64,000 bases of DNA, from assembly GCA_951406725.2 (NCBI GenBank), contig OX597827.1, positions 25,916,001 through 25,980,000 on the forward strand, in the 5' to 3' direction. The notes under the pieces were generated by a model. That model was given only the letters and a program-made list of their open reading frames with translations, was not told the DNA's origin and did no database searches. Each line of letters opens with the position of its first letter. Within the stretch, counting starts at the first letter, position 1. This DNA is from Octopus vulgaris. Its lineage: Eukaryota. Below are positions 26,320-39,990 of this stretch, in pieces. The translations under genes were made by a program, and so were the position numbers.

Positions 26320-26760
26320 GGTTTTTAAAGAAGGGCTACAGCAAATATTCTGCTCAATATCACAGATTAGCTTGTCAGTTGCTTGATCTTAACCGGTTGA
26401 GCATGTCCCTTAGTGGCTGACGATATGTGATTCTCTGAGCATGTCCAGAAGTAATCGGGGTTTGGATAATTCACCTTTGGAAACATGGGTGTTTCGTTCA
26501 GTAACCTTAAATAAACCCTTATTCAGGTACCTTTTGAGCGGGATGGGTTACTCGACCAGAAGAAAATTCTAACTAGGCCTCCACCTGCAAAGTCATGTGC
26601 TGTTTATCTTATTAGGAAATCACTATATCGCGCACAAATGGTTGTGATGCATGTGCCTGGTGTACCCTTATCAAAAGGTAGTCATGATGGGTATACTGGG
26701 CTTCGTATATTTTGCCCCAGTGTCACTTTGATGGCATGCACTGCTCCCTCACTCAATAAT
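26320..26760 (-). mobile_element. Unclassified interspersed repeat abutting (TAA)n; possibly a LINE 5' end
   Basis: Higher-GC block with hairpins, bounded by AATAAT repeats. Family and strand are inferred. Confidence 0.35.
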
Positions 26761-26967
26761 AATAAGGATTATTACGAAGTAGCATTAACATTACTTTTAA
26801 TTCCTTTTGATATATATATATATATATGACCTCAAATAGACACACGTTCCTACTGCATCGATTAATGACCGTTGCAATTGCAACCCTACTGTAATATCAG
26901 TGCAGTTTCTTCAGTCTTCACTTTAATATACTTCGATTTAACTGTTTAATATATATATATATATGTA

Positions 26968-27270
26968 TACGCCCTTTTCAAGCACAGCCTGGCTCATGCG
27001 TCCGGTTTCTCTGTTTCTATGGCGTATGTGTTCCCCCCAGCTGGACGAGACGCTAGTCCATCGCAACGTTACTCAAGAAACAGGAAGAAAGAATGAGAAA
27101 GTTGGGGCGAAAGGGTACAACAAGGGGCGCCAACACCCGCTGCCGGCGCCTTGTGGAGCTTTAGGTGTTTTTCCTCAATAGACACAAACAATGCCCGGTC
27201 TGGGAATCGAAGCCTCGATCCTCCAACCGCGAGTCCACTGCCCTAATCACTGGGCCATTGCGCCTCCACA
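26968..27270 (-). mobile_element. SINE family D (tRNA-Arg-like head)
   Basis: Minus GTGGAGGCGCAATGGCCCAGTGATTAGGGC...CTTCGATTCCCAGACCGGGC matches 42770-42950. Confidence 0.85.
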
Positions 27271-27298
27271 CACATGTGTGTGTATGTGTGTGTGTGTA

Positions 27299-27635
27299 TG
27301 AAGGCGCGTGGCTCAGTGGTTAGAGCGTCGAGCTTATGATAGTGAGGTTGTGAGTTCGAATCCCGGACCGAGCTGCGTATTATGTTCTTGAGCAAGACAC
27401 TTTATTTCACGTTGCTCCAGTTCACTCAGCTGTAGAAATGAGTTGCGACGTCACTGGTGCCAAACTGTATCAGCCCCTTTGCCTTTCCCTTGGATAACAT
27501 CAGAGGTGTGGAGAGGAGTGCCTGGTACGCATGGGCGACTGCTGGTTTTCCATAAACAACCTTACCCTGACTTGTACCTAGGAAGGTAACTTTCTAGGTG
27601 CAATCCCATGGTCAGTTATGACCGAAAGGGTCTCA
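27299..27635 (+). mobile_element. SINE family C, full length
   Basis: Box A TGGCTCAGTGG, box B GTTCGAATCC, core CTTGAGCAAGACACTTTATTTCACGTTGCTCCAG. Confidence 0.9.
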
Positions 27636-29112
27636 GCATATATATATATATGTTTGTTTGTGTACTGTGTGTGTGTATATGTGTATGGGAACATTCAGTC
27701 ATCTATGCATATGTGTAATTATACATATATATATATATGTGTTGGGTATAATTCCGATAGAATATCTGTTGAGGTAATTCTATAAAGTAATCCCAATATG
27801 TCTGAATGGATGCAGGTACATTGCCAAATCTACCTCCACATATTTTGAACAGAATTATAATTATCTTCATCCATGCCTTACTTTTATGTCTTTTCCCATA
27901 TTCCTCGCTTTCCTTCTTCTCCTCCTATGTCTTTTATTTTTTTCTCATCTTTTTTCCTTTCCTTCGTTCGGTTTGACGCCATCGTCATCGCTGCCAGCAT
28001 CATTACCACTATATTTTTTCATCATTATGTTTTGCTTCTTCTTCCACAACATTTCATCCCTAATTCCGTTTTCTTTCTTTCTTCCTTTATCCTCCTACTC
28101 ACCCTCCTCTCACTCCTCTTTCTTCTCATCCATCTTCTTTGTCTTCTTTATTTTCAGTTTTCGTTTCGTTTGAAGCTGCTTCAATTACTGTGTAAACAAC
28201 GGACGCTTCTCTGCTTTTCCTCTAAACCCTCTTCTCCCACCATTCCCTATTTGTCTCTCTGTATCTCTCACAGTCGCTCTCATCTTTCTCTCTCTCTCAC
28301 TCACTCTCTCTCCATCTTTCTCCCACCCTCTCACCATCTCTCACTCTCTTTCTCTGGGCAATGTTTTAAATACAAAAAAGTATTTTCTAGAAATATTAAC
28401 ATCACACATCTCTACCAAAAACATTCATATTTTTCACTTCTGCCAACGTGATTCGCGAAATTACTGGAGGTTAGTGGAGTCCCCGGATGTAATACGTAAT
28501 CATAATCTCCAGTCGCAAACAGTTTAAATATATATATTTTTTTATCCATCGCAGATCACATAGTAAATATTGTCTCCTTGATTTAGCATTTTCAAAAAGC
28601 ACCCCAGGAACAGATATTGTCGAATATCTTATTCCAATTAGCTGTCAGAGATATTATTAATGAAGGAATAAATATCAACACCTATCATACGTGAAAAATG
28701 CAGAGTCAACAGCAAGCAAATTTGATAACAACAAGAAACATAACATCCCATATTTAAACTTACTTGAAAAACACATGAATCAAACAAACAAAAATGGATA
28801 AATACTTTGAGATGCAAGGAAGCAGATTCTCGAACGAATTTTTATAAGATTGATGTTAAGTAAGTATACAGAGACAAACACGCCTGAAGAATTCTATATG
28901 AAAGTGTGTGCGTGTGTATGCGCGTGCGTGTGCGTACCTGTGTGACGTCTATGTATGTGTGTGTGTATGAGTGTATATGTATGTATTTATATATATACAT
29001 AAATATATATATGTATGTGTATATATATATATTCATATATATATGTATGTATGTATATACTCATATATATATCGCGTAATTACGTAAATATATACATATT
29101 TCATATGTATAT

Positions 29113-29162
<50 letters not shown>

Positions 29163-29597
29163 CAAATATGCATACGTATACAGACAAGCATACATGTACA
29201 TATATGAATATATGTATACATTCTTATATAAATGCATGTGCGTATATATGGAGAGAAGGATAGATAGATGGAACCTCTAGTCACCTGACATACGCTCTAT
29301 TCGGTTTTTGCTCAATGCATTCTGTGGAAGCGCATGAAAGAACCAAGTCAAACACAACATAGGCATCAATATTCTTCATGAATAAAAATACATGTCGACA
29401 GGGACATATACGTCAACATTCACACCCCAAACGATAGGGAATTTTGTACAAACGGATCCCTACACTTACATACCAGCACATAAACTCTTGTACGAAAACG
29501 CAAGCGCACGTACGTAAGCACTGACATAGGAATGCATGTGTGTGTGGTGTGTGTGTGAGTGTGCGTGTGAGTGTACGTGTGAGCAGCCATGCGTATT

Positions 29598-29660
<63 letters not shown>

Positions 29661-29822
29661 TATTCTTATACAAGAATATTTTTGACAGTGACTTCGAAAT
29701 CCCGGCCAAGACACTGACAAGGAAGTCTATGTGTCAGAATAATGATGTGCAATTCTACTACAGCGTAAAATTCGATTTATTTTAATTGAACATAAAACAA
29801 ACATGCATATATATACACGCTC

Positions 29823-29864
<42 letters not shown>

Positions 29865-29878
29865 AGCTATGTACGTGT

Positions 29879-30091
29879 ACTCTTTACTATTTTACTTGTT
29901 TCAGTCATTTGACTGCGGCCATGCTGGAGCACCACTTTTAATCGAGCAACTCGACCCCGGGACTTATTCATTGTAAGCCCAGTACTCATTCTATCGGTCA
30001 CTTTTGCCGAACCGCTAAGTGACGGGGACATAAACACACCAGCATCGATTGTCAAGCAATGCTAGGGGGACAAACACAGACACACAAACAC

Positions 30092-30140
<49 letters not shown>

Positions 30141-30301
30141 CATATATACGACGGGCTTCTTTCAGTTTCCGTCTACCAAATCCACTCATAATGCTTTGGT
30201 CGGACCGAGGCTATAGTAGAAGACACTTACCCAAGGTGCCACGCATTGGGACTGAACCCGGAATAATGTGGTTGGTAAGCAAGCTACTTACCACACAGCC
30301 A

Positions 30302-30304
<3 letters not shown>
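29879..30304 (-). mobile_element. SINE family A, full length
   Basis: Reverse complement matches 19344-19767. Confidence 0.93.
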
Positions 30305-30349
<45 letters not shown>

Positions 30350-30531
30350 CATATATATCTATGTATGTCTGTGTGTGTGTGTACTGAGATAAACCGCAGA
30401 TAAATTGAAAGCAATTTTAAGCTGTTGACAGTGGATTTAACATTGTTTAGCGATTCCTTGCTCCGCCTGCAAATCTAATCCCCTTCTTTATTTTCAGGTA
30501 AATATCGAAACTGATTCGACAACAGAAAATC

Positions 30532-31055
30532 ATGGAACAACAGAATCGTTCCGCCATTGTTGTTTTGGCGTGCGCCGGGTACACTGCCAATTAACTTGTA
30601 AAGGTGACGAAACTTTCAAAAGCAACAGTTTATCGTGTGTACAAACATCTTAAAGAAGAGGGAAAGATTGGTAGAAAAGAACAAAAGACTCGAAGTGATT
30701 CCTAGTGCAATCCAAAGTTTCTCGCTGGAATCAAACGCTCGCTTGAAGCCAACCCATCTACATCGGTGACAACTCTTGCAAAGAAACGCAATGTTTCCAC
30801 GGTGTCCAGGGCTGTGAACTGGAAGCTTTGCATGACTTGCTAGGTTCGACGACGACGTCACTTCCTAACAGCCAAGGCCAAAGAAATTAGAGCCGAGAGA
30901 TGCCCAAAGCATCAAGGTGCAGGAAAAACTATTGTGATTGTGAACGAGGAGAAATTCACTGTGGACGCTGAAGTGAACCGCAGAAATTCTCGAGTGATTG
31001 CATACAAGCCTTTTGACGTCCCTGCTGTGTTGAAGACTAAGAATCCTGCCTCTTG
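30532..31055 (+). pseudogene. N-terminal fragment of a Tc1/mariner-superfamily transposase (DD37D/maT-like)
   Basis: My translation across stops and frameshifts: SKATVYRVYKH, NPSTSVTTLAKKRNVS, EEKFTVDAEVNRRNSR, KTKNPAS. Confidence 0.75.
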
Positions 31056-31116
31056 AGTGATAAATGTTTTTGTAGTAAATGTTACGTTAGAATTATATCT
31101 GTCTGCTGCTGTTATT

Positions 31117-31320
31117 TAGGCGGCGAGCAAGCAGAAACTTTAGCACGCCGGGCGGAATGCTTTGCGGTATTTCGTCTGTGAGTTCAAATTCCGATGAGGT
31201 CGAATTTCTCTGTCATGTTTTCGGGGTCGATAAATTGAGTACCAGTTGCGTACTGTAGTTGATCTAATCGACCGGTTCCTCCTGCAAAATTTGGGTCCTT
31301 GGGCCTAGAGAATAAAAGAT
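31117..31320 (+). mobile_element. SINE family B
   Basis: GGCGGCGAGC..GCAGAAAC.TTAGCACGCCGGGCG...TTCGGGGTCGATAAA. Confidence 0.87.
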
Positions 31321-32172
31321 TATTTTAGTAGTTATAACCAGGTTTATTCATCGTGAAAGTAGTATTAATTTAATGCAAAACCCTTTACATACATTATTTT
31401 GACGCCTAGAAAAAGTGGTAACTTCGTTGACGTTCCGAGCGTAGGTTCGAAACGTCAAAGCAATTTCCTTTTTTCCTATAATACATCTTAGTTGTTGTTA
31501 CCTCGCCTATCTCTGGCTTCTGTTGTTCTTTTCTCGTTCATTTGAACCGTAGATAACCAGACAGATTGGTAGATATGCATGAATATAAATATAGATTCGT
31601 AGATAGATACACAGATAATAGCATTCTTTTTATTCTCTTACCCTGTCTATCTTTCATGCTCTCTTATATACACACTGTCATAAAAGCATATGTATATAAG
31701 TTTATATACTTTCGCATAAACATACATACATACGAAACTACATCAATAGACTCTTTTATAAATATGAATTTAGTTTTCGCTCTCTCACACTATCACTCAC
31801 TCTTTGCCTCTCTCTCTCTCTCTCATCAACTATACAATGCACAATCTCAAACACACACACATGCACACACATGCTTATGTCTATGATTACAGCCCCATCA
31901 CTGCGTACACAAACACCCACACATTTATACATTTAGGCGTAGGCGTGGCTGTGTGGTAAGGCGCTTGCTTCCCAACCACATGGTTCTGGGTTCAGTCCCA
32001 CTGTGTGTCGGGCCAAGCAAAGCCGCGTGAGTGGATTTGATAGATGGCAACCGAAAGAAACCCGCCGTATATGTATATATATATATATATATATTTATTT
32101 ATTTATATATATGTGGGTGTGTGTGTTTGTGTTTGTGTGTATGTGTGTATGTGTGTATGTGTGTGTGTGTGT

Positions 32173-32204
<32 letters not shown>

Positions 32205-32220
32205 ATGTATATATATATAT

Positions 32221-32802
32221 AAATTTTATAATTATGAACATAATTACAATTAGGGTTCAGTAAAATTTGCTTCACCACATACCGAAATTTAGAAATAGCA
32301 GTTAAAATACTATTCTACTACCATAAGAGATCTCCCAGACTCTACAAACCACGCAGATAAAGAGGAAAAAATAACGAATCCTGCCGGGTTTGATTAACTA
32401 CATACGCGTTTCGGGGTTAAATTGATGTAAATATGTAAAATCATATTTCTACTCACGTATTCCCTCCCTCAGTGCAGTATTTCAAGTTTTAAATTTGACA
32501 TACAAACTCGATCAAGCGCCATCGAATAGCATATTTCCAAAAACCAGTACTTCCGAATTCAAACAGACGAATGAGATCTCGCATTCTTCTTCAATCACCC
32601 ACGTGTGCCACGAGTAATTCCTCAGAAACTGCAGTTTACTGTCACGGAAGGAGTTATATTATCAATGATAATATAGGGTAAAATTAATTAATCAATTAAT
32701 AATTAATAATTTTACCAAGTAGTTCGGTGTGTTAAAAGAACCACTTTCGGTAAACTTACACAAAAATTTTATAATTATGAGCATAATTATAAGTAGGGTT
32801 CA
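32221..32802 (-). mobile_element. Retrozyme/pLTR-like element: 543-nt unit plus 39-nt terminal direct repeat
   Basis: AAATTTTATAATTATGA.CATAATTA.AA.TAGGGTTCA at 32221-32259 and 32764-32802, internal hammerhead, (TA)n on both sides. Confidence 0.8.
32398..32477 (-). ncRNA. Type-I hammerhead motif (A9->G variant)
   Basis: CTGCA-CTGAGGG-A-GGG...CCC-GAAA-CGCG-TA-TGTAG, with internal stem AAATATG/CATATTT. Confidence 0.8.
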
Positions 32803-32811
32803 TTATTATTG

Positions 32812-32857
<46 letters not shown>

Positions 32858-33299
32858 GTATGTATGTATGTATTAGTGTATTAGTGTGTTTGTGTTTGTT
32901 CCCCCACCATCGCTTGACAACCGATGTTGGTGTGTTTACGTTACCGTAATTTAGTGGTCTGGCAGAAGAGACCAACAGAACAAGTACTGGACGTACAAAC
33001 AATAAGTCCTTGGGTCGATTCGTTCGACTAAAGGATGTGCTCTAGCATGGCCGCAGTCAAATGACTGAAACCAAGTATAAAAGAATGCGTGTACAAAATG
33101 AAACTCGCCAGAACATGTGACTGTATTTCTTAGCCAAGTTCAACCCGTGAAACGGCGAAGCGCAGTCCGCGCGAGTTGACGGAAACTCCTCATATACAGT
33201 TTGGGTTTCAATGAATACCATTCCGCTTCTGTTCAAGTTATTGTTTTCTTCGGATTGGTCGGCTGACAGCATCTCCATTGCAGTCACACTACCTCCATC

Positions 33300-33375
33300 T
33301 ATGTATGTATGTATGTATGTATGTATGTATGTATGTATGTATGTATGTATGTATGTATGTATGTATGTATGTATG

Positions 33376-33462
<87 letters not shown>

Positions 33463-33475
33463 TTATCTATCTATC
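33300..33475. repeat. (TATG)n(TATC)n compound microsatellite
   Basis: Directly visible. Confidence 0.97.
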
Positions 33476-35023
33476 AAGCAATCTATCTCTCTATCCCAAT
33501 ACACACACACACACATACACGCAGAAATGCAACCATGTGCACACACACACACACACACACACGTATTCAAAGAGCGAATGAGACTTAGAGAGACAAGTAC
33601 ATAGATACACAGATGTTTAAATTTTTCTATAATTTCCAGAAAATTCCTGAGGCTATAACATTTAAATTACATCATATTATACTTGCTGTCTATGTCAAAC
33701 AGTGTTAAGTTTTTATTCTGTATATTTAATGATTTACTTATTTAGTTTTTTTTTAAGTATTATTTATTTATTAATTTTTTTCTCTTCCAACTTCTAAATT
33801 AAGTTTAGCGTTAGCTTCATGTCGAAAATGTCAATTCTCATCTCCAAATCATTTATTTGATTCGTAAAGAAATAAAAAGAAAACAAACCCCTATATGTAG
33901 CATACTGCTATATTTCTTGTAGAATTCGACTCTTTGGTAACTTGTCTGTGTCTCTACCTCGATTTCCATGACGTCATTGGATTAAGTGACCGGTTAGTCG
34001 CCATGACTGCCTGGCACAGTGACCATTATAGGCTCGAAAAGGGATTACCTCGTTTAGTTGTGATATAAATCTGAGTGTTCGAACAAATCTTACAATTATC
34101 AATATATTTCATATATTGATAATTGCCTATAAGGACAATCATGTTAATTTGACTACAAAATAGAAAGGATGGCATGCATCTGATATTCCAGTAGAGCGTC
34201 GGATACTGTAGTATTTCGTAACGAGCCTAGATTGTGATAAATAGAAATGGATTAAAAATTCAGAGGAACGTGCTTAAATAATTATGGTCTGAAGACTGAT
34301 GACTATTGAAGAATGAAATAATGAAGAAGCTGCAGAAACAATGCAGTAATTATAAACAAAACAGATGACAGAATCTAAAAGTCTCATTCAAAAATATTCC
34401 CTTTCTTTCCAAAACCACTTTTAAAAATTCCTTCCCAAAACCACCTTTCAAAATAATCATTATTTAACAAAAATATGCACAACGTTAGCGATAAAATAGT
34501 TCCTTTTGCATTAAAGGATATAGCAACTACTTTTCAAAAGAGATCCAAAGGTCAGAACAAAGATATGAAGCTTTCCAGAAGCACTGAATAAAAAAAATAC
34601 ATTTCATCTAAGAAAAACAATGTACATCACATGAACATATGCATGAACATAAAAAAATATATATACATAGAATATGTACAGAAAATGAACTGTGAAGTGT
34701 GAGACATGAAACTATCCAGAATGATGGGGAAACTATAAGATTACAATGAAAAACGTGTTTTCTTATCTATAATTCTCGTCTCCAAACTAATTTATGCGTC
34801 TCTGCCTGTATTTGTTTTTGCTACACTTCTAGCCATAATACAGACCTTTTTTCCTATAATGTAAGCATGTTTATGTATGGTTTGCATAGGGGAAGGGGAT
34901 CATGCGATGTGAGCTTGTGCAACTGGAAGATAAGATCATATTTAATTGAATGTTTGTAATCCTGTCTGCTCTCAATATAGTTTGTAATGTGTGTGAGTGT
35001 GTTTGAATATATGTCTGTAAATG

Positions 35024-35086
<63 letters not shown>

Positions 35087-35184
35087 AATCCAAACATGAA
35101 CAAGCAAGAAAAAATAACAACGCGAGGACGTGGAATAAGTAGAGTGTTATTTGGACGCTCAGAAAAGGAAAGAAAAGAAAGAGG

Positions 35185-35219
35185 ATTTCATGTTTCAAGC
35201 GGAGCTCTTCATCAGAAAT
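35185..35219 (-). ncRNA. Very small degenerate hammerhead motif inside a ~150-bp insert (35083-35232) between (TA)n tracts
   Basis: ATTT-CTGATGA-A-GAGC-TCC-GCTT-GAAA-CATG-AAAT; G at the cleavage position, so probably inactive. Confidence 0.68.
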
Positions 35220-35228
35220 ATAGAAATG

Positions 35229-35340
<112 letters not shown>

Positions 35341-35341
35341 C

Positions 35342-35395
<54 letters not shown>

Positions 35396-36441
35396 ATATG
35401 TATGTGTATAAATTCATTTAATACGTACAGATGTACGTGGGCACGTGTTTATATACATGTATATTTACGTACGTGTGTTTGTATAGATACATTAATGTAT
35501 ATATGTATTTATACATATGTGTATATATATATATACGTATATGTAACTAAATACACATACTTATGTGTATACATCCATACATAACTTATGTACTAGCGAG
35601 AGAAAGAGAGAGAGAGAGAAAGGGAGACAGAAGAAAGAAAACATCCAATCTTATATTATTTTTATAAACTGATGTGAGAATAAAAAAATCACGTGATAAT
35701 TAGACAAATATACATAGTAGCGACATGATAAACAGTATTAACATCATTAGGTGTACAAATGTTCTTTGGAATGTTGCATAATTTCATATTTAATGTTTTA
35801 GTAGTTATTGAGGAATATTTAAAACATATTTTCGGTTAAATACGAAATTTTAGAAACCACACAGTGCGTTTCATAAGTGTAGGCAGAGATTTGTAACCAG
35901 ATATCTGTGTTGCACATAAATCCTTCCTAAAACTGATGTGTAAAAACGGGTATAAACTGAAAAAGCATTAAAAAGTAATCCGTGTATATATATAACTAAT
36001 CGTATATTAAGACTAATGAAATCTTGAGGAACGAACTGTCATACACACTGTAAATACACGCACATACAGTGGCGTATTGGCCAGGTTGCCAGCTTGCCCG
36101 ATGGCAAGTGTGCCCTTGCGTTATTAGATCCATATATGGGGGCCTATGTTAATATCTAAGGGGCCCACCCCCTCAAGTTGGGGTGCGGGCGAGGATGTGT
36201 ACGGTTCTAGTGAGGGTAGATGAGTGTATAATTTTAGGCGCATGCATGTGGGTGTGCGGGCTCGTACGTATAGGTATGAACATGCGCGCTTACACGAATA
36301 ATATGAACTTTTTTGCCCCCTTACTTTTACGCTCTCCCCTCACTTAGCGGTCATTAAAATAGCTCTTTTGTCTTAACGGTCAATCACACAGTAATTCCCT
36401 TTGTATAGCGGTCATTTTTCATAATATTTTTCCGATGGCCG

Positions 36442-36502
36442 GATAACTGAAGAGATGGCAGTGCGGATTTCCACCTCGACATCTGAAACTCGGATTTTTA
36501 TC
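36442..36502 (+). ncRNA. Type-I hammerhead motif, same family as 58473-58530
   Basis: GATAA-CTGAAGA-GATG...CATC-T-GAAA-CTCGGAT-TT-TTATC. Flanks resemble the reverse complement of 58455-58585. Confidence 0.72.
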
Positions 36503-36537
36503 ATGGCTACATAATAACTGTCACATATTACATTTAC

Positions 36538-36577
<40 letters not shown>

Positions 36578-37121
36578 CAAAGAAAACAAGGACAGGTCAT
36601 TCGAAGTTTTTTTTCTTCAGTCAAGCACAAGATTATCATCGCAATTTCGGCTGATTATTCTTGAGATTGCGCAAATCTGGCCAGCCCCAAGGAAAAACTA
36701 AGCTAAGAGCATTAGATTCCTTGGAAGAAAGCAGTGAGTGTATACAAAAAGAACGGAAAAAATGGACGTTACACAAGCATAAATACAATAAAAATACAAT
36801 AAAAATACAATAAAAATAATAGCAGGATATAACAACAGGTGTCTTTCAACTAAGGACGAATTAAAGTAAGCTGACACGTGTGGAAATAAAGAGATACAAA
36901 CATTTCACAAACACAGAAAAAATATCGATGTTGCACGGAAGACGGTCAGACCAAGAAAGAAAGAGCAAGCGGGCTTGGCCGATCGGTGACGCGAGAACAG
37001 AATAGTGTGTGTGTGTACTTACATATAAGAGAGCAAAGTGTAAGTACGCCGCTATATTTATATAAAAAGGAATACCAAAAATGGGACGAGAACGCAACGT
37101 ATATATGTATATGTATATGTA

Positions 37122-37165
<44 letters not shown>

Positions 37166-37539
37166 CACACACACGTGGTCATTGCGCATGCGTGTGTGTA
37201 TGTGTGTGTTTTTGAATGTGATAACTTAAAAGTTCAAAAGAAGTAGGCAGCAGATAGAGATCATAGGTGAATATGTAGCTGAAATTTAATTAATTCTAGT
37301 CTACATCCCCGTGGCTAATTGTCTTCTGGGTATGAAACATATACGTCAGTTGCTACTGAGTATCGTGTCATGGTTTATAGATTATTTTCTCATAAACGCT
37401 ATAAATATGGAATACTTAGGAAAACTATTAACGAATTTATATACCTTGAAATGTAACATTTCAAACAGCTAACCGTGAAATGTATCTAATTTTTACAAGT
37501 AGTGACAACAACAACGACAACTGCGACAACAGCAACAGC

Positions 37540-37613
<74 letters not shown>

Positions 37614-37663
37614 CAATAATAATAATAATAACACAACAACAACAACAACAACAACAATAATAA

Positions 37664-37729
<66 letters not shown>

Positions 37730-37739
37730 TAATAATAAG

Positions 37740-38280
37740 GATAAACAGATCAAGTGCTACAGCATAACCGACCGGACCTAGTGGTGGTGGACAACATACA
37801 CCGGAAAAGTTAATGGACGAGAATGGGAAGGCAAATATCCTCTGGGACTTTAACTTCCAGACAGACAATGTATTAGAGTACTGAATGCCGGATATAGTAA
37901 CCTTTAGGAGGGACAAATAAGAGTGCCCTAATAATCGATGTGTCAGTACCAGGAGATCAACACATCATCATGAAAGAAAGATAATAAGGGTGATAAATAT
38001 GAAGAACTGAGAATTGAGATCACAAAGATGTGGCAGCTACGAGAGTCAAGCATAAAGGTTATCCGTCTTCGGAGCATTGGCTTTAATACCATGCAATCTG
38101 AAAAAAAGATATAGAAAGATTAGAAATACCCTACAGTCTAGATGTATGGCAAAAGTCGGCATATTGCGTAAAATACTGTTTGTCTGAAGTCCCTGTTGTG
38201 ACATGACAGACAGTACAAACCCCATGCAGACACAATATCTTCAGTCAACAACTTCACGAGATTGTATACTGTACGACGTC
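37740..38280 (+). mobile_element. Third RLE-LINE subfamily, 3' fragment between (TAA)n tracts
   Basis: WW..HTPEK...EN..ANILWDF..QTD, PDIV, IIDVSVPGD, KYEELRIEI.KMW remnants. Confidence 0.85.
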
Positions 38281-38337
<57 letters not shown>

Positions 38338-38339
38338 TC

Positions 38340-38508
38340 TTATATCAAGGCCTCAAATTTAAGGGAAGGTGTTAAATCGATTACATCGACCCCAGGATGA
38401 AAGGCAAATTCAACTTCAGCGGAATGTGAACTCAGAACGTAACGACAGACGAAATACCACTAATTATTTCGCCCGGCGGTCTAACGACTCTGCTAGCTCA
38501 CTGCCTTG
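38340..38508 (-). mobile_element. SINE family B with internal deletion
   Basis: GAACTCAGAACGTAACGACAGACGAAATACC...TTCGCCCGGCG.TCTAACGA.TCTGCTAGCTC. Confidence 0.82.
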
Positions 38509-38534
38509 ATAGTAAAGATAATGATAATAAGCAA

Positions 38535-38669
<135 letters not shown>

Positions 38670-38997
38670 GAAGAGGAGGATGAAGGGGAGGAGGAAGAGA
38701 CACTATCACATGAGGTCTTTGCCATAAGTCAAAAGTGTAACAGATAACAAGCGTAGAATCCTTTATAAGGCTTCCATAATAATTCTGACATGAAAAACTA
38801 ATTGCGAACACATAGCTTCCAAATGTACTTCCGAGTGCATTGATACAGGAGGCAACTGTTACAAACGAGAGGGTGTGGAGATGATGTAATACATCCCATG
38901 TGGTGGGGAAATGAAAAAATTAATTATTTCGTTAGATGATACTCATTGACGCACTTATATACATGATATACACGTATCTCTGGTCCCACCTCTCTTC

Positions 38998-39105
<108 letters not shown>

Positions 39106-39119
39106 GTACAGGTGCACCG

Positions 39120-39265
39120 TGTTCCGCATGTCAGGTGACGAAATTATCGCAGAGCAACGTGAAATGAAGTGCTTTGCTCAAGAACATAACGCCCGGCCTG
39201 GTAATCAAAGCCACGATCTCGCAATGGTAAGTCCAACACCCTAACCACTAAGCCATGTACCTTCA
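39120..39265 (-). mobile_element. SINE family C fragment
   Basis: AGAGCAACGTGAAATGAAGTGCTTTGCTCAAGAACA...CTAACCACTAAGCCA. Confidence 0.8.
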
Positions 39266-39294
39266 CAATATATATATATAAATTAGTGACGAAG

Positions 39295-39690
39295 GTGTAC
39301 AGGTGTCTATTCATTACGGCTGTCTCAAGCGACTCATCTAATTGATTAATGAAACCATTACATCATTTGAAAGAAACCGTTCTCGTCAGCTGACCGCAAT
39401 GGCTTCAAACATAGAGGATGCAACCACGGCCTTAACATATTCCCTTCAATATTGGAACTCAAAATATTTACCTTATCTCCGTTGTCATATCTCTGTCAGA
39501 TCGGAAACAATGCAAATGTTTTGAATTCCATTATTGAAGTGCATATGTTAAAGCCCTAGTTGTATCCCTTATGTTTGAAGTCTATGCGGTCATCTGACAA
39601 GAACTGTATTTTTCAAATGATGTAGTGTCTTCATTAATAAATTAAAAGAATCGCTTGAAACGGCCGCAATGAAGTACATGTCTGCACTAC
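39295..39690. mobile_element. Old foldback element/MITE with ~175-bp diverged inverted arms
   Basis: e.g. TACATCATTTGAAA/TTTCAAATGATGTA, TGACCGCA/TGCGGTCA, CTTCAAACATA/TATGTTTGAAG, TTAACATAT/ATATGTTAA. Confidence 0.8.
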
Positions 39691-39906
39691 GAAGAGTGGA
39701 TATCTTCACTCAGCTGGGTTGCGTTGTCTGCACACATGACAGGAATATTAGTTGCAAACTCTCCTGCACAGAGTTTTGATATTCAATATTCAATTAATGT
39801 CGTTTGGGTGTGCGGATTACACCAACCTCACAAGGTGCCTCAATTTAAGTACCCAGTTCAACGGATTCTTAATTACATACATCTATATGTGTGTGTTTGT
39901 GTGTGT

Positions 39907-39990
<84 letters not shown>

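Larger units (their letters stand above)
31935..33085 (+). mobile_element. SINE family A split into halves (31935-32070 and 32880-33085) by an insertion in its internal microsatellite
   Basis: 5' and 3' halves are collinear and in the same orientation. Confidence 0.8.

Noticed and set aside
27299-27372. tRNA gene (likewise 42770-42845 and 21001-21072)
   Set aside because: A and B boxes are present, but stems are broken and the sequence continues into multi-copy repeat bodies; these are SINE or pseudo heads.
27873-28451. 192-aa hydrophobic ORF
   Set aside because: Derived from low-complexity CT-rich sequence.
36600-36672. CTGAAGA and CTCAAGA...GCCGAAATTGC on minus, in the repeat shared with 12235-12362
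   Set aside because: No consistent helix II or NUH site.
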